From Rhynchobatus australiae (taxonomy: Eukaryota): a stretch of DNA of 64,000 bases. Location of the stretch: positions 15,221,956 to 15,285,955 of the forward strand of contig JAUZTB010000063.1 of assembly GCA_034780895.1 (NCBI GenBank), in the 5' to 3' direction. The notes under the pieces were generated by a model, which was not told the DNA's origin, did not search any database, and was given only the letters and a program-made list of their open reading frames with translations. This document shows, piece after piece, positions 26,711 to 40,800 of this stretch. The translations under genes and the position numbers were made by a program. How positions within the stretch are numbered: position 1 is the stretch's first letter; each line of letters opens with the position of its first letter.

Positions 26711-28049
26711 TCAAAAGTCAAAATTGAGTTTATTGTCACATGCACAAGTACATGTATGCATAGGTGCATAAAAACTTACTTGCAGCAGCATCACAGGAAA
26801 CATGCCTACCTTATCACAGTTCTTTTATTGAGTGGGTCATGTTGACAATCCAAAACCCTCCTGAAGGTCAGTCACGTGACTAGGGAAGTCCTGAACTTAT
26901 TGAGGCTCATTGCCATCATCATTTCTTCTGATCTCTGATATTGGACAATCTGTGGAATGCCAGCTTCCTCCTGGGAAATCAGCTGTGCAAGGTTTGACTG
27001 TATGTGGCCTGTTGAATGTATGTTGTGTGCCACTGGGTTAGATAAAGCAAGACCTGAATGGAGCATAAAAGCCAGCATGGAGTAGTTGGGCCAAGTAGCC
27101 AGTTTCTGTTTAGCAAATGTAGTTCCATGTAGTGTCATTGCCATTTGCCTTTCTACTGTGCTGTACTCGTGCTGGAACTAACAATGTTTAATGTGTATTA
27201 CTCGTGCATTCAGCAACACTCCAGAATGAACTTGCCAGATGGCTTAGGCCAACCACCAAGAAGACACTACTTCAAAAAAAAGAATGTCCTTATTTGCTGC
27301 ACTTAGAAAATCAATTTAATTTACTGAAGGTTTGCCTTGTGGACTTTGGATAAGCTTGGCACTTAATTTAATATGAATGCAGCAAACTACTACATTCCAC
27401 AGCAAAGGCCATGGCACTCATATTCCCAAACGTGCATTGTACAAATTATCAGTAGTTTCCAGCATTTTGCTTTCCCTTGAATTGCAGTCAGCTGAGAAAG
27501 AGGGTCTGACAACCTCAATAAAGAAGGTGGCCAATGGAGAGCCTTTACTAGGAATAACTGGATCTTTTTCCAGGAGTTAGCAATTGGCATTATTTGATCA
27601 GTATGACTATAAAATCTGGGCTAGAGCCGGTCCACGAATAATGATTTTTTTTAATAAATGCTCCTCCCATTACCCTTATCAGAGCCAGTAATCTTTCCTG
27701 AACAATCATTTTTCTAATCACTGTTTTAACCAGCTAGTTCAGTGGGAGCTTGATATATCTATAATAATGCATTCATAATGCCAATTTCAGTAGGTTGCTG
27801 AAATACAAGTAATATTAGGTGAGCTTTTTATCCTGAATGTGGTTTATTCGAAGAGTTAGATGAGAACAGGAGGCTGCCATTCAGTAGTGAGAACTTATTC
27901 CAGCATTTAATTATTTTATGGCTGACCTGTATCATAACTTCTTCTGATCACCATTGTTCCATAACCCTTAGCCTCTTGTTAACAAAAGTATTTTGAATTT
28001 GGTTTTGAAACTTTTGAATTGACAATCTGTGGTAGAGTATTCCAGATTG

Positions 28050-29790
28050 CAGCAAGCAGATAATTCAGATAAGTGGCTGATAGATCAACAATAAAACAGT
28101 TGACAGTTTCTCCACATCCTGATGTGAGCTTTCTCAGTACAGGTGCAACACTTTCATCTACCGAAGCATGTGGAAAATTGCCCGGTAATGGCCTATTCAT
28201 AAAAAGCAGGACAAATCCAATCCGGCTAATCATACGACTCTCAATCATCAGGTTGGAATGTGTCATCAACACTGCTAAGAAATGGCACCTGCACACCAAT
28301 AACCCACTCACTGATGCCCTGTTTGGATCTTGCCAGGAACACTCAGTTCCAGACCTCATCATAGCCTTGGTCTGAACATGGACCAAATAGCTGAATTCCG
28401 ATCATCGGGTGAGAGTGACTGCCTTTAACACCACGGCAGAATTTGAGCAAACATGGCATAAGGAGTTCCGGGTAAACCTGATCTTTGGACATCAAGGGAA
28501 AACAGTACAGGAGTTGATTCATACCTCACACAAAGGAAGACAGTTGTGATTATTAGAGATCAATCATCCCAGCTCCAGAACATCACTGCAGGAGTTCCTC
28601 AGGACAGAGTTCTGGGTCTCACAGCTGCTTCATCAATGACCTTCCTTCCATGATAATGTCAGAAGAGGAGATGTGTGCTGTTGATGGCATAATGTTCAGT
28701 TCTGTTTACAATTCCTCAGCAAATGAACCAGTACATCCCTGGTTGTTGTTAGATATGGACAAATAATATTTGCACTACAAAAATGCCAGGCAGTGACCAT
28801 CTCCAATAAGGCAGAGTCTTGACGTCCAATGATATTACCATTGTTGAGTCCCGCACATTAACATCCTAGGGGTCACAACTTACCAGGCATTTAACTGGAC
28901 TCAAAGTCAGAGGCTGAGTATCCTGCGGTGATTGATTTGTGTTCTGACACCTATAAAGCCTTTCCACTATCTACAAGGCACAAATCAGGTGTGTGCTAAA
29001 GTACTATCCCCTTGTCTAGATGAATAGAGCTCCAAAATTTTTCAAGAAGCCCAACACTAACCAGGACAAAGCAGCCCACATGATTGATTCCCTATCCACT
29101 ACCCTAAATGTTCATTCCCTCCTCCACCAAGACACAGTGGATACAGTTAAAGTTGTACAGCATGGAAACAGGCCCTTCGGTCCAACTGGTCCATGCCAAC
29201 TAAGATCGCCATCCAAGCTGATCCCATTTGCCAGCGTTTGGCCCATAATCTTCTAAACTTTTTCTATCCACATACCAATGTTATGCCATCTACAAAATGC
29301 ACTCCACTTAGTTAGTTAGTGTACTCCATTAGCAGCTTCCAGACCCACAATCATTACAAATAGGAACATTATGGATAGGAAAGGTTCAGAGTAATATGGG
29401 CCAAATGCAGGTAAATGGCACTAGTTCAGTTAGGCAACTTGACTGGCATCGACAAGTTGGGCCAAAGAGCCTGTCTTCTGTGCTGTATAGCTCTATGACT
29501 ATGACTCTAATCTCTACAACCATACTATAAAAGTAGATGCTAGGAACAGCACCACCTGCAATTTCCCCTGCTAGTTGACACTATGCTAACCTGGAAATAT
29601 GCTGCCATTCCTTTATCATCACCAGATGTAAATGCTGAAAATCCCAACCAGCACTGTAGAAATATCTTCACCAGAAGGAGTACAGTAGTTCAAGTGAGTG
29701 ACTTGTGATGAAGAGGACATTTAGGGATAGCAATAAATGCCAGTGTTGTCAGTGAAGCCTGGATCCTGAAAGACGAATAAATAAGAAAAA
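28050..29790 (+). mobile_element. Decayed CR1-clade LINE (RT domain to 3' tail) with two nested CR1 tails
   Basis: gcaggagttcctcaggacagagttctggg (GVPQ.SVLG), tgcttcatcaatgaccttcc (CFINDLP) and 3' tail tagggatagcaataaatgccag. Nested inserts at 29149-29270 (-) and 29372-29508 (+). Confidence 0.85.
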
Positions 29791-30899
29791 GACCTCGCCA
29801 AATGAATTTGGTTTACTGTATTGCTCCTAGTGATGCATAAGACAGCCTTGTAAAGTGGGCAAAATAATGCTGCACAGATTAGTTCATTATAAATGGCTTG
29901 CACAGTACAAGGTTAGTGATGACTAAGATGTATTGCATCTTTGTTTTCCCAGCTATAAAGGATCTTGCAAGAGCAGGGTTCAATGTATTTTTCAGAGAGA
30001 CAGATTTCTCTTGTACTCGCTTCTCAGTAAGCTAGTCACACACTTGGCCTGCAGCTAACCACATCAGCCGTTGATTGGAATTACCAATAATGTCCCTTTA
30101 ATGTATGTGTGCATTGACTGCAATTTCAAGACAAGTAAACAATTGCCCAGAGTGCTGGAAATAGTGTGTGTTAGTCATGCAGTTAATCAGTAATGTAACT
30201 ACCATCTCCACAACCCCCCCCAACCCCAAAACCACTAGCAACCATTTACTTATTATATCTCCAATATGATAGTCACTTAGCTTTCGTTTCTTTGTCATCC
30301 ACTCGCTAATGTCAGTACCCTTAAAGGCATTGAATTCTTGCTGACATAAACTTCCATTGACTCTGGTCATTTCCAGGTCAGTAAGTCATCCTAGTTCAGA
30401 GTCTGGCAACTAAGTTGTATCTTCCAAGTAAATGGCGGCAGGCCTGTGACAAAATGCCAGCAAGTTCAGGATGTTACATGAACATCTGAGCACAAGTCCC
30501 ACACTTGCCAGCAGATTATGTATAGTATGCTTTGGCACTAGACTCTGCAGGAAATCCAGCAAGGTAGCCCAAATTTGACATCCCCAGCACTTAAAGTTGG
30601 GCAATCTGCTCAGGAACTATATGCCGGCCATGGGCATACATTTCCATTGAGACTTCACAGCTGGAAAGAAGGATAAAGATAAGGCAAGGTCCTTTTTAAT
30701 TATTTTTGTTTGCAGTAATTATTTAGAGGTGTTTAAGTGATTGTTTACTTTACTTTTATAAGCTTTTTTATTGCTTCTGAATGTCGGCCTAAATTGAGGA
30801 TCAATTGGATGTGGGATTTTGGTGCCAATGATGAAGGAATGATTAGCAAAAGTTCCTCAGTCTATTGCCAATCTTCCAGTTATTCCTCCGTCTCAACGT

Positions 30900-31240
30900 G
30901 CAATCCAGTGCAGTATGACTGAGATGCTGATTTTCAGTTGAGATGTTAAACTGCTCTCTCAGATGGATGCAAAAATTCTTGTGGCTGTATTTCATAGAAG
31001 GATGGAGAACTGATCCGTGATGTCCTGGCCAATATTTATTCTTCAGTTAATGTTTCTGAAACATGCTATCTGAACATATTGCATTGCCGTCCATAGGAAC
31101 TTGCTGTGCATGCGTTAGTTTACACAATTCCTTCATGACAACAATGTATTTGCTTCAAAAGTACTACATTGGCTGTAAAGCACTTTGCAGTGTTTTGAAA
31201 GGGATGTGAAAGATGCTGTGTAAATGACATGTCCTTTTTA
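30900..31240 (+). mobile_element. Deu-domain SINE (SacSINE1/AmnSINE1-like), best copy
   Basis: tgagatgttaaac...tgtcctggccaatatttattc...cttgctgtgca...cttcaaaagtactacattggctgtaaagcactttg...gtgaaagatgctgtgtaaatg. Confidence 0.8.
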
Positions 31241-33799
31241 ATATGAGGTACACTGAGTGATTTGATATTTGAAGCCAAGTTGGTTTGTTTCCTTAATATG
31301 ATTGAAATTATTGAGAATCAATAAATATGGTTTCTCACTTATCCCGGAAGACTGAGTGCTTGAACTTTGCTCCAGAGACATTAACACAATATCTAGGCTG
31401 CAGTCCAGAACCATGTCTGAGGGAATGTGACAGCTCCCTCACTGGTAGACAAGTCATGAATCAGATCACCGAATATGGTAATATAAGCTCCATGCAGATT
31501 AGTAGTAGCATAGAAACGTGTAGCATCATATCTACTTGATACCCACCAATAATGGCTCATGAAAGCAAATGTTTGAGTGAACCTACTGTACAACACTGGT
31601 GTGGCATTTCCAGTCCCTGTCCGTGTACATGTCCCAATTGCTCTATGAATTGCCCATTGTTTTGTTTACTTGATCCACCAGGATTGAGTTAGAGGCTTCC
31701 TTAATCTCATTGTCGATAACACGGTTGCATTCACCAAGAACGATGACTTTATTGTTTTCAAGCCATAGATGAAGACTAGTGTGTGACCCACCAATCCATT
31801 TGCTTCCTTCATAAGAACAGAAAATGTAGAAACAGAGCAGGTCAGGCAGCATCTGTACTGATAACTGTTTATTTATCCTGCTGAACTTTTGAAGCATTTT
31901 CTTATTTTCAACATTTGCCATTTTTTTTTCCTTTACTTCCTTCAACCTGGCTTTTTGAGAATTATTTTGGACATGTAAAATTTACTGAGCATGTTCTAGA
32001 ACAAGGTCTGTGGTTACTGATGTCTGAATGGACAGTTATTTGTGCTGTTCAAATCAATGTTGAATGATAGCAATGAAGTGGAATTGGCTGTTTAAAACAG
32101 GAAATTGTTGAAAACAATTAATTTGTTTAATAACTAAGCACCAGTGTTGAAGAAACAAATGAGTCCGTGTCACTGACAGCCAATGACTGTCATTTCCAAG
32201 CACCACAGCACTTCGGTGGTCAATACAGAACACCTTTTGTCATCATGGATAGCATAATATGATGCAGAATTTAAAGAAAACTTTTTGTTAAAAGGGAGAA
32301 GTTTGCTCTAAGCTTTCAGTGTATTGAAAAGTGTAAATCGTTCAAAATTTCTTCTTTCTTATTGCTCTGGGAGAGGTCATTGCTAGTTTGTCCTTTTACA
32401 TAAAGATCCCACAGGGAATGGGTTCAGTATTACAAATAGTGCTTTATGTGCTTGCTCTGGAGTACTCCCATTATTCTTGTGCCTGGAGTGTTTGAAAATT
32501 TGAATAAATATGGTGCAAGAATTTGCAATGTTTCCTTTTTTCTCTGCTTTATAAATAAGTAGAACTTCTAACAGTTCTTTACAAAAGTTGAGAACCAGCA
32601 AAGTGGAAATCGTGAGATAGAAGGGTGTAGAAGAGGATATTTTAGATGTGTGAACTGGGCAGACCCAAAGATATCGAAGTTTTAAATTTAATTCCTAAAC
32701 ACAAGGAGGAATTGTAAACCTTACCCAGATGGTTGCAAATTTAAACTTCAGTGAAAACTTTTCTGTTCCTTGTTTATTTGTTTTAAAATAAAAAGCAGGG
32801 TGTCAGGTGTTCTCAAAATTGAGGTATCATATTACAAGAATATCAACCCATTTGTATGATCTCAGGACAAGGAGGTTGCCACACATCCTACTGCCAGACC
32901 TTGAGTATAATTTAGACACAAGTAGCTAGAAACCCTTGCATCCTGTGGGTTTGTTTTGACCTCAGCTCAGTCCCACCCTACACAAGCACAGCTGAGATCA
33001 GTAATTCGGTCTTGTAATCTCTATAACTTGTAGCCTTGTAACACTCTGAATCTCCACTCCTCTGCTTCTGGTCTGCTGCACATTCCTGGTTTTCATTGCC
33101 TTACTACTGGTCACTGAGATTTCTGCTATCTAGACCCAAAACTCCTGAATCACTTCCATCCCCAAATATGCTTGTTTCTCTTCCTCCCTCTCATTCTGTC
33201 AGATGCTTCTTTAAAGCCCCTTGCATCAAGCTTTCATTCTGTGCAAATCTGTGCTCAGTCAGAATTTGTCTTTTCTCAATGTATGTGGATCAAAGAAAAA
33301 TAAATGCACATCTTGCTATTTCTATATTATCTACTGCAGCTTTACTTGTGAATTTTAGTAAGCTTTGTCCATTATCAATAGCTTCACTATGTAATTTTTC
33401 AATAGACCTTTACATCTGCCCTATTATATCAATAATAATTACACACTTGTTATCATTTAACCAACCAAAACTAATAATAAATTTGTGTCATTTCATGAAT
33501 ATGTTCTTTTCTACAGAACTAACTTGTTATCAGTGTGGTAGCTTTTTAATTCATCTTGTTCTCTAAACTTACTATCGCTTCAAAGTCACTCTTATAGAAC
33601 CCTACAACTGTCATTGTATACAAATATACCCACAATTCTTCACCTAACAAGCAAAGTATCACCACACTATAAATAGAAATCACCAACAGTACATTTGCAT
33701 GTCTTGGGTGAATTGAATTAACTATTTCTTTTGACTCTGCCCCCCGGTTTGGAAATGATATATTCTGCAAGGATGAAGCTCAATAACTCTTGAGTTGAA

Positions 33800-33970
33800 A
33801 AGCAAAACAAAACTACAGTGCTGGAAATCTTGAAATAAAAATAGAGAATGTTGAAAATACTCATGAGGTCACAACTAATGAAAGATCAATGAGCCTGAAA
33901 CATCAACATTGTTTCTCTCATCACAGAAGCTGACTGATCTGCTGAGTATTTCCAGCATAGTTTATTTTTA
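33800..33970. mobile_element. Compact Penelope-like fold-back element
   Basis: aatgttgaaaatactca is inverted against tgagtatttccagcat. A central degenerate core reads ctaatga...gaaac. Confidence 0.65.
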
Positions 33971-36900
33971 TGACTATTTATGAATGTTTTGGGAGAATGC
34001 CTTACTTTTCACATTGGTAATTTGTACTCATAGCCGCTAACTTGAAAAATAGCACTTCAAAGAATGATGGCTGATCCACGCACAGATAATGTGCTGGTTT
34101 CCATGGAATCCATAACATAATTGAGTGGGGTGAGGATAGTTGGAGTGGGATTCAAAAGATTGTCTTGTAACAGGCATACATTGTACTAATGCCCAGGAAT
34201 CAATTTTGAATTTGTTTTCAGTACAATAGGCGAACAGTTGTAATTTTCAATTGTGAATTGGTTTCAATTAAATATGCTTATTATATATACAAAAAATCCC
34301 TAATTCAAACTCTTGTCAGAGTATAAACTGAGGTCAAGGTATCTAACAAATGTTGGCCTCTTACTGTAACCACATTAACCTGTACTGTTGGCATGATGCC
34401 TGTCTCTTCACCTTCCATGAGCACAGTATCTATATTTAGGTTTGCACAAATTGATCTCCAGATGGCATTAACCTCAATTGTTGTTCATACTGTTGGCTGT
34501 ATCCTCCTCTGAAGGTGAGATATTTAAAGTTTCTTTGCTATGTATCTTAGTTCAGTGAATATTTCTAACTTTTCTTTTCATTTGGTGTTTCCACTCTTTC
34601 CCAAAGACCCAGACTGTTTGCTAGAGTGCAAACAATTGACCGTCTGATACTGGGCTCATTTGAATTTAGTTCATCTAGGTTGTAAGTTTCAGCAGTCCAT
34701 GTGACTGAGGACCATAACTCTGGATCAAAATCCTCTTATATGTTTGCAGCAAGNNNNNNNNNNNNNNNNNNNNNNNNNNNNNNNNNNNNNNNNNNNNNNN
34801 NNNNNNNNNNNNNNNNNNNNNNNNNNNNNNNNNNNNNNNNNNNNNNNNNNNNNNNNNNNNNNNNNNNNNNNNNNNNNNNNNNNNNNNNNNNNNNNNNNNN
34901 NNNNNNNNNNNNNNNNNNNNNNNNNNNNNNNNNNNNNNNNNNNNNNNNNNNNNNNNNNNNNNNNNNNNNNNNNNNNNNNNNNNNNNNNNNNNNNNNNNNN
35001 NNNNNNNNNNNNNNNNNNNNNNNNNNNNNNNNNNNNNNNNNNNNNNNNNNNNNNNNNNNNNNNNNNNNNNNNNNNNNNNNNNNNNNNNNNNNNNNNNNNN
35101 NNNNNNNNNNNNNNNNNNNNNNNNNNNNNNNNNNNNNNNNNNNNNNNNNNNNNNNNNNNNNNNNNNNNNNNNNNNNNNNNNNNNNNNNNNNNNNNNNNNN
35201 NNNNNNNNNNNNNNNNNNNNNNNNNNNNNNNNTTAGGTCAGTAATCGTGTGAAGTTGCCCTTGTTCATCAATATATTTATTAATTAGCAAGGAGATGAAC
35301 CTAAAGCTATTCAGTGTTTCTTTAGGAATGTCTAAAATGAAATGAAGGAAATGGAGAGGTGTGTGGAACTCACTATCTAATCACATATACTTCAGCACCT
35401 GTTTTTTTTTAAATCCCTTGTCTGGAATTTCTTCATTGACCATACTTTTGGTGATCTCTGTTAATAGCATCCTTTAGCTTCATTACCATTTTTGCTTCAT
35501 TACACTTTCATGAAGCACATTGAGATGTTGCTCTACATTAAGAGTAATTTCACAAATGAAACTTGTTCGTTGAATGCCTAGGCAAGAATGTGTCACGTTG
35601 TTATTAGATCTCAATTAATTCATTCTTGGAAAATGGGTGCTTTAGTCTGTATTTGTTGTCCTTTTGTTTAGTTGTTTGGGTAGTGGTTCATCATCTTGAA
35701 TTGCAACAGAACATTCTTTTTCTTGGAGTGGTTTGTTGCAACTGAGAGACCTGCTAGGTCAGTTCAGGTGACATTTCAGAGGAAACCTTTTTGATGAAGT
35801 TCAGGAGTTGCATACAGTCTTAATCCAAATACAAACAGTTTATCCAAAATGACGTTGTTGAGTCTTAACAACAGTTCAGCTTCATAAACACTTTTATTGA
35901 TGCTACCAGGGTTGCCATTAGTCCCAGCACACTTGGCCTGAACACTTGTAGGCTAAGGAAGTGGGACTGGGAGGTGGTGGAGGAGATCAGACAAGTTTTC
36001 TCCACTTTGACTGATACAGAGTTAATCTTGCTGTAAACTGGATAAAGATAAGTTTTAATTTGACTGTGCTGTCTTTCACATCTGAATGGCCTACAAGATG
36101 TTAACATTGACCGTGGTCACTTGCACAATTGTTGAGAGGGCAAGTGATGCCCAAGTGACCAATTTGCGGGGCACAAAAGCATTGGTGGTCTACAGGCAGA
36201 TGAAAAGGATTGTCCTCTAGTACTCATGAGTTGAACATGGAAGCTAGTTTAATTTGAGTTATATGGATGACAGTGAGTATCCATGGGCCAAGAATAGAGG
36301 AAAGTCACCAAGGTGTGTGCACCCAGGGAACCAGAATACACTCTTGGTACCACAGAGAGTGGAGTGTAGATTATCAGCAATGATTCACCAGTTCTGCGAT
36401 TTTTAACTTTTTCAAAACTTACTTTGAGTGCTGACTGTTCATTCTATTACCTGCTTTACTTCACTTGAATCACTTAACTACATCTACAATTTCATGAACT
36501 CTGCCCTGAATTCAAAAACCAAAATCATTCTGTTTTGTCATGGGAACTGCTCTTGTAATATGTGTATGTGACACAGCTGGAGGATGGCAGAGTTTCCCAG
36601 CAGATATAAAAGGGCTTTTGGACATGACATTGGTAATTTAATCTGAAGTTGGTAGATGATGGTAGATGAATTTAATCCTACTTTCGTTTTGTAGCATTGG
36701 TCACTTGTGTTTGTGAGTGTGTGTGTGTGTGTTTCCCTGTGCATGCAACTGCTAAGGGAAATGGCAAATCAGAATCCAAGTTGTATTTCCCTAGAGTTAG
36801 ATGATAAAGCTAGCACAGCTTTCTCAACAAAAGTTAGAGAGACAAGCTTTTCTCCTGGGATAACACCACCCAAATATGGCACAAGGACATGTACTCACAA

Positions 36901-37519
36901 AGCATACAATTTTTTTTTAAGCATGTATTAAAGATTTCTGTCAAAGACATGAAATATAACCTGTCCAATTTTGCTGATAATACCAGATCGGGTGGGAAAG
37001 TGAACTGCCAAAAGGAAATGGTTTTAAATGAGTAAACAAGAAGATTGCAGATAGTGTATATTATAAGGAAGCATGAGGTTGTTGCTCTTGTTTGAAGAAT
37101 GGAATACAGAAGTGGCCAATCATGCTAAAACCACCCCCACACCATAAAGTTGCCTTTCTCACTGGCTCCATAACTGCATCTAATTTTTTTGGCCATGTAT
37201 CTCCCATCACTTGGCCAACATTGCTGCTGCATTCTTTCTTTGGGGCACAGTGGACCCAAGAGCAGCAACTAGGCCCTGTCTACAGATCACCCTGATGGCC
37301 TTCTGATAATCAGACACATTTGAATACAGTTGGAATGGACCTTTAAAAAAATTAATAATTATATATCAAAGTTATTTGAAAGTATGAAGCTGCTGCTAAA
37401 TAATTAAACATAAATTGTGCAATAAAATAAAGAACAATAGACCAAAAATTCATCTGAATTTATCTTTTAACTTAAGATCAGTGATCCCATTGAGTTGCCA
37501 GGCCACATTCACCTCTGAG

Positions 37520-37895
37520 GACAGGCCCTTCAGACCAACTGATCCATGTTGACCAAGATACCCAACTAAGCTAGTCCTACTTGCCTGCATTTAGCCCATA
37601 TCCCTCTAAACCTTTCCTACCCATATATCTGTCCAAGAAGCTTCAAATGTTGTTAATGTACCTGACTCAACCACTTCCTCTGGCAGCTCATTCCATTTAC
37701 TGACTACCATCTGGATGAAAAAGTTGCCCCTCAGACTCTTATTAAATCTCTCCCCTCTCAGCCTAAACCAATGTCCTCTAGTTGTCAATTGCCCAATCCT
37801 GAAAAAAAGACTGTGTGCATTCACTGTATCTATGCCCCTCGTGATTATGCATACCTCTGTAAGATCACCCCTTATTCTCCTACACTCCAATGAAT
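37520..37895 (-). mobile_element. CR1 LINE 3' end
   Basis: ORF 37606-37890 RRIRGDLTEV...TRGHWFRLRGERFNKSLRGNFFIQMVVSKWNELPEEVVESGTLTTF. Confidence 0.92.
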
Positions 37896-40800
37896 AAAGT
37901 CATTGTTAAGTCTAAGGCTATGTAGTGTCTGATCAAAAGATGAGGTTACAATCCATTGAGGGTAGTGGTTGTGGACAGAGAAGTGTTGTNNNNNNNNNNA
38001 ATGGGAAGGCTCTGAGGATATCTTGGTGGGGGTCATGGGTATAGAGAGACTGGACATCCAAGAGAGCTTCATTTGTGAACAGGAAACATTTTCAATTTTC
38101 ACCTTCCCATACTGTATCTCCACTAGGTCTGTTTGATGGAGCAGCATAGAAGGAGCTTTATTATTCATCTAATATGTGCTAGACCCATGCAAGGTGTATC
38201 TCTGATGGTGCCCAATTCTCTCAGTACTGTACAGTCTGTTGGGAGAGGGTGCCCAATGATCTATTTAACTTAAGAGGCAGAAAACCATCATCTATAGAAA
38301 CCAAATGTTGGTGATACTTAACCTTAATAATATATTCAAGCACAGAGCTAGAAGAGGAGGCTATTTCCCCCCCTCAGTATTTTCTGCCATTCAGTGAGAT
38401 TGCAGCTGATTCTGTGACCTTTCCATATGTCTGTCTTTGCCCCAAAGCCATTAATGACTTTCAATTATAAAAATCATGGGCTTACAATTACTAACTTTTT
38501 TGGAAGAAATGTTACAAACACCTGTCACACTTTGCTCCTATTCACTCTAAAATTTCAGAATACATCCTATATTCCCCATTTGGCAGGAATAGATTCACTG
38601 TACCCTATGAATTCCCCTCAATGTCTTGAAAATTTAAATCTTTTATATTCCAGAAATTACATCATTTTCCCCAGCTTTGCAGATTGAGATAACCTATTAG
38701 TACATATTTGTAATGTTGTACTTCCATCCACATTATTTCCAGTGCTGTCTATCTTTGTACTGTTGGTGAACTTGAATATGTGACTCTATCCTGTGAATAA
38801 ATATGGTGAATAGTTTAAATTTCACACAAGTCCCTGTGGGACACCACTCACATCTTGCCAGTAGAGTACTTGTCTATTATCCTCACCCTCTCTCCTCAGT
38901 TGATGTCCTTAGCAGGTCAATCATTTGCCTTCAATTCATAGAACTCGGTATCACACAGCTTCANNNNNNNNNNTGATGTCACTACAGCCTGAATTTTTCC
39001 CTACAGAAAGGCTTACCCTATTCTAAAATAGTTGCCTGCCTATTTCCATGCTGCTTATTCAGTTCATAGGGTGGCATATATCTCTGATGGCTTTTTCCCC
39101 TAGATGATGACCCAGAATCATGGAACAATGGCTCATAGCACTAGCCCCTTACCATGAGCCCAGTCCCAGTGTCACAAAATAGCCAGGGAACATCTGCTGC
39201 ACACCAGCTGTCTTCTTTCCTGTACTGCCTTTATGACAGCTTCCTTTTTAGTATTTATCATGTCCCTCAACAACAAGCACCATTGGTGAAGACTCTTACT
39301 TTCCCCTTGGTATGTGCAGCAGTCCTTGTGAATTGACAATTGTTGGCTCAGTAACAGCTCACTGTGTCACCTTAAGGGGGTGTAGTTTGGTATTAATGCA
39401 GTATACTTAGAGTTCTTAAAATATTTATAAAGATCCCACAGATGCTACCTGAAGATGTGAAAAGAGGTGAATCCACTTTTTAATGCATCCTGTATTGCTT
39501 TGTCTCAAGTTAAAGCCTCCATTCTCTTCTGAGGCAGTTTATTAGATTTCTTCTGGAATTCCATAGAAATAACATCCATAAGACATGTCCTGTCCACTAC
39601 CTTTCAACTTTAACTACTCTTCAAAAAAAAATCAACCAGGATCATCTGGCATGATTATGTTCATTTGCTGTAATCACTCAAAAATTTTTAGGGTGTTCAA
39701 GATAACATTCTGACAAAGGATGAAATGAGGGAAGGCATTTCAGATGCATAACAGTAGGTTAGATTTAAATGCACCAGTCAAGCTGCATGGTGGATCTTTC
39801 AAAACAGGAGAAAGAAAAATTGAAGCAACCTCAAAATATTTTTTTCAGCCAANNNNNNNNNNTTAAATCTTTTTGTCTGTTGGATCAGTAACTGAATTTC
39901 TTCCCTGCAGCACCTGGTTTCAACAAAAATTGTCATTTCTGAAATGCCTACCTGTGTTGTAGCTGTGTAACAGGAATGAATGAATACTTTGTGTTTCATG
40001 GGTTCCTCAGGGCCTTATAAATTCCCAATCCTCTATTTGCTACATATCACAATTGTTGAAACTAACAGATTTTGTTGATCTAATTTAAGATTCATCTTGA
40101 GGCAACAGTGTCAAAAACAGTTCTTAACAGCAATCCAAGGCCACAATATTCAAACAGTGCAAATCAGCAAATATGGGATTGAAACACAAATAGGGTGACC
40201 CATAGCTTTGCAGATGATAGTTTAGAACTTGATGTGGCCGCGTATATGATGATCGTCAGAACAGTCCCACTTTAAGGAAGTGTCCTTTTTTATTACTAAT
40301 ATTATTACCAACCAGCCATTGCCTAACGAAGGTGCTAAATTTTAGAGCTTAATGTTTCACTGCTGTGGGTCAAATACACAAACTAAGCAGGTGTGCCCTG
40401 CACAGTTCAAAAGCCGTGTTGTCCTGCCCAAGGGTCGTTTTGATACATTAAGCTGAGAGCCATCAGCCTTCCCACTGATATCCTAGATTCCAAGGGCAAA
40501 AGATTTCTCTCCAATCACTCCAAAGCCAATATTTATGGTTAAATCAACATCACTGGAACAGATTATGTAGTCACTTTCAAGTTGCTGTAAAGGATCCTGC
40601 TATATGTGATTCACCTGTCACATTCCCAATAAGATTGACTATATTTTCAAAATAGTTTTGGGATGTCACAAGCAAAATATGTGATATCTTTAACACGTGT
40701 GACCTATTGAAAAATTTGTTTAAACCGTAAAGCCTAGAGATTACCCATTCAGGATAGGAAATAGGGCCAGTAATCTGAAGTGAAATGAGCGAGCATGTAT

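Noticed and set aside
33096-33566. 156-aa + strand ORF
   Set aside because: TTG start, overlaps an L2 remnant, and has no recognisable domain or splice support.
34701-35290. Long ORFs here and at 12811, 22671, 40944, 41946, 43046, 45815 and 51289
   Set aside because: Their length comes from N runs translated as X.
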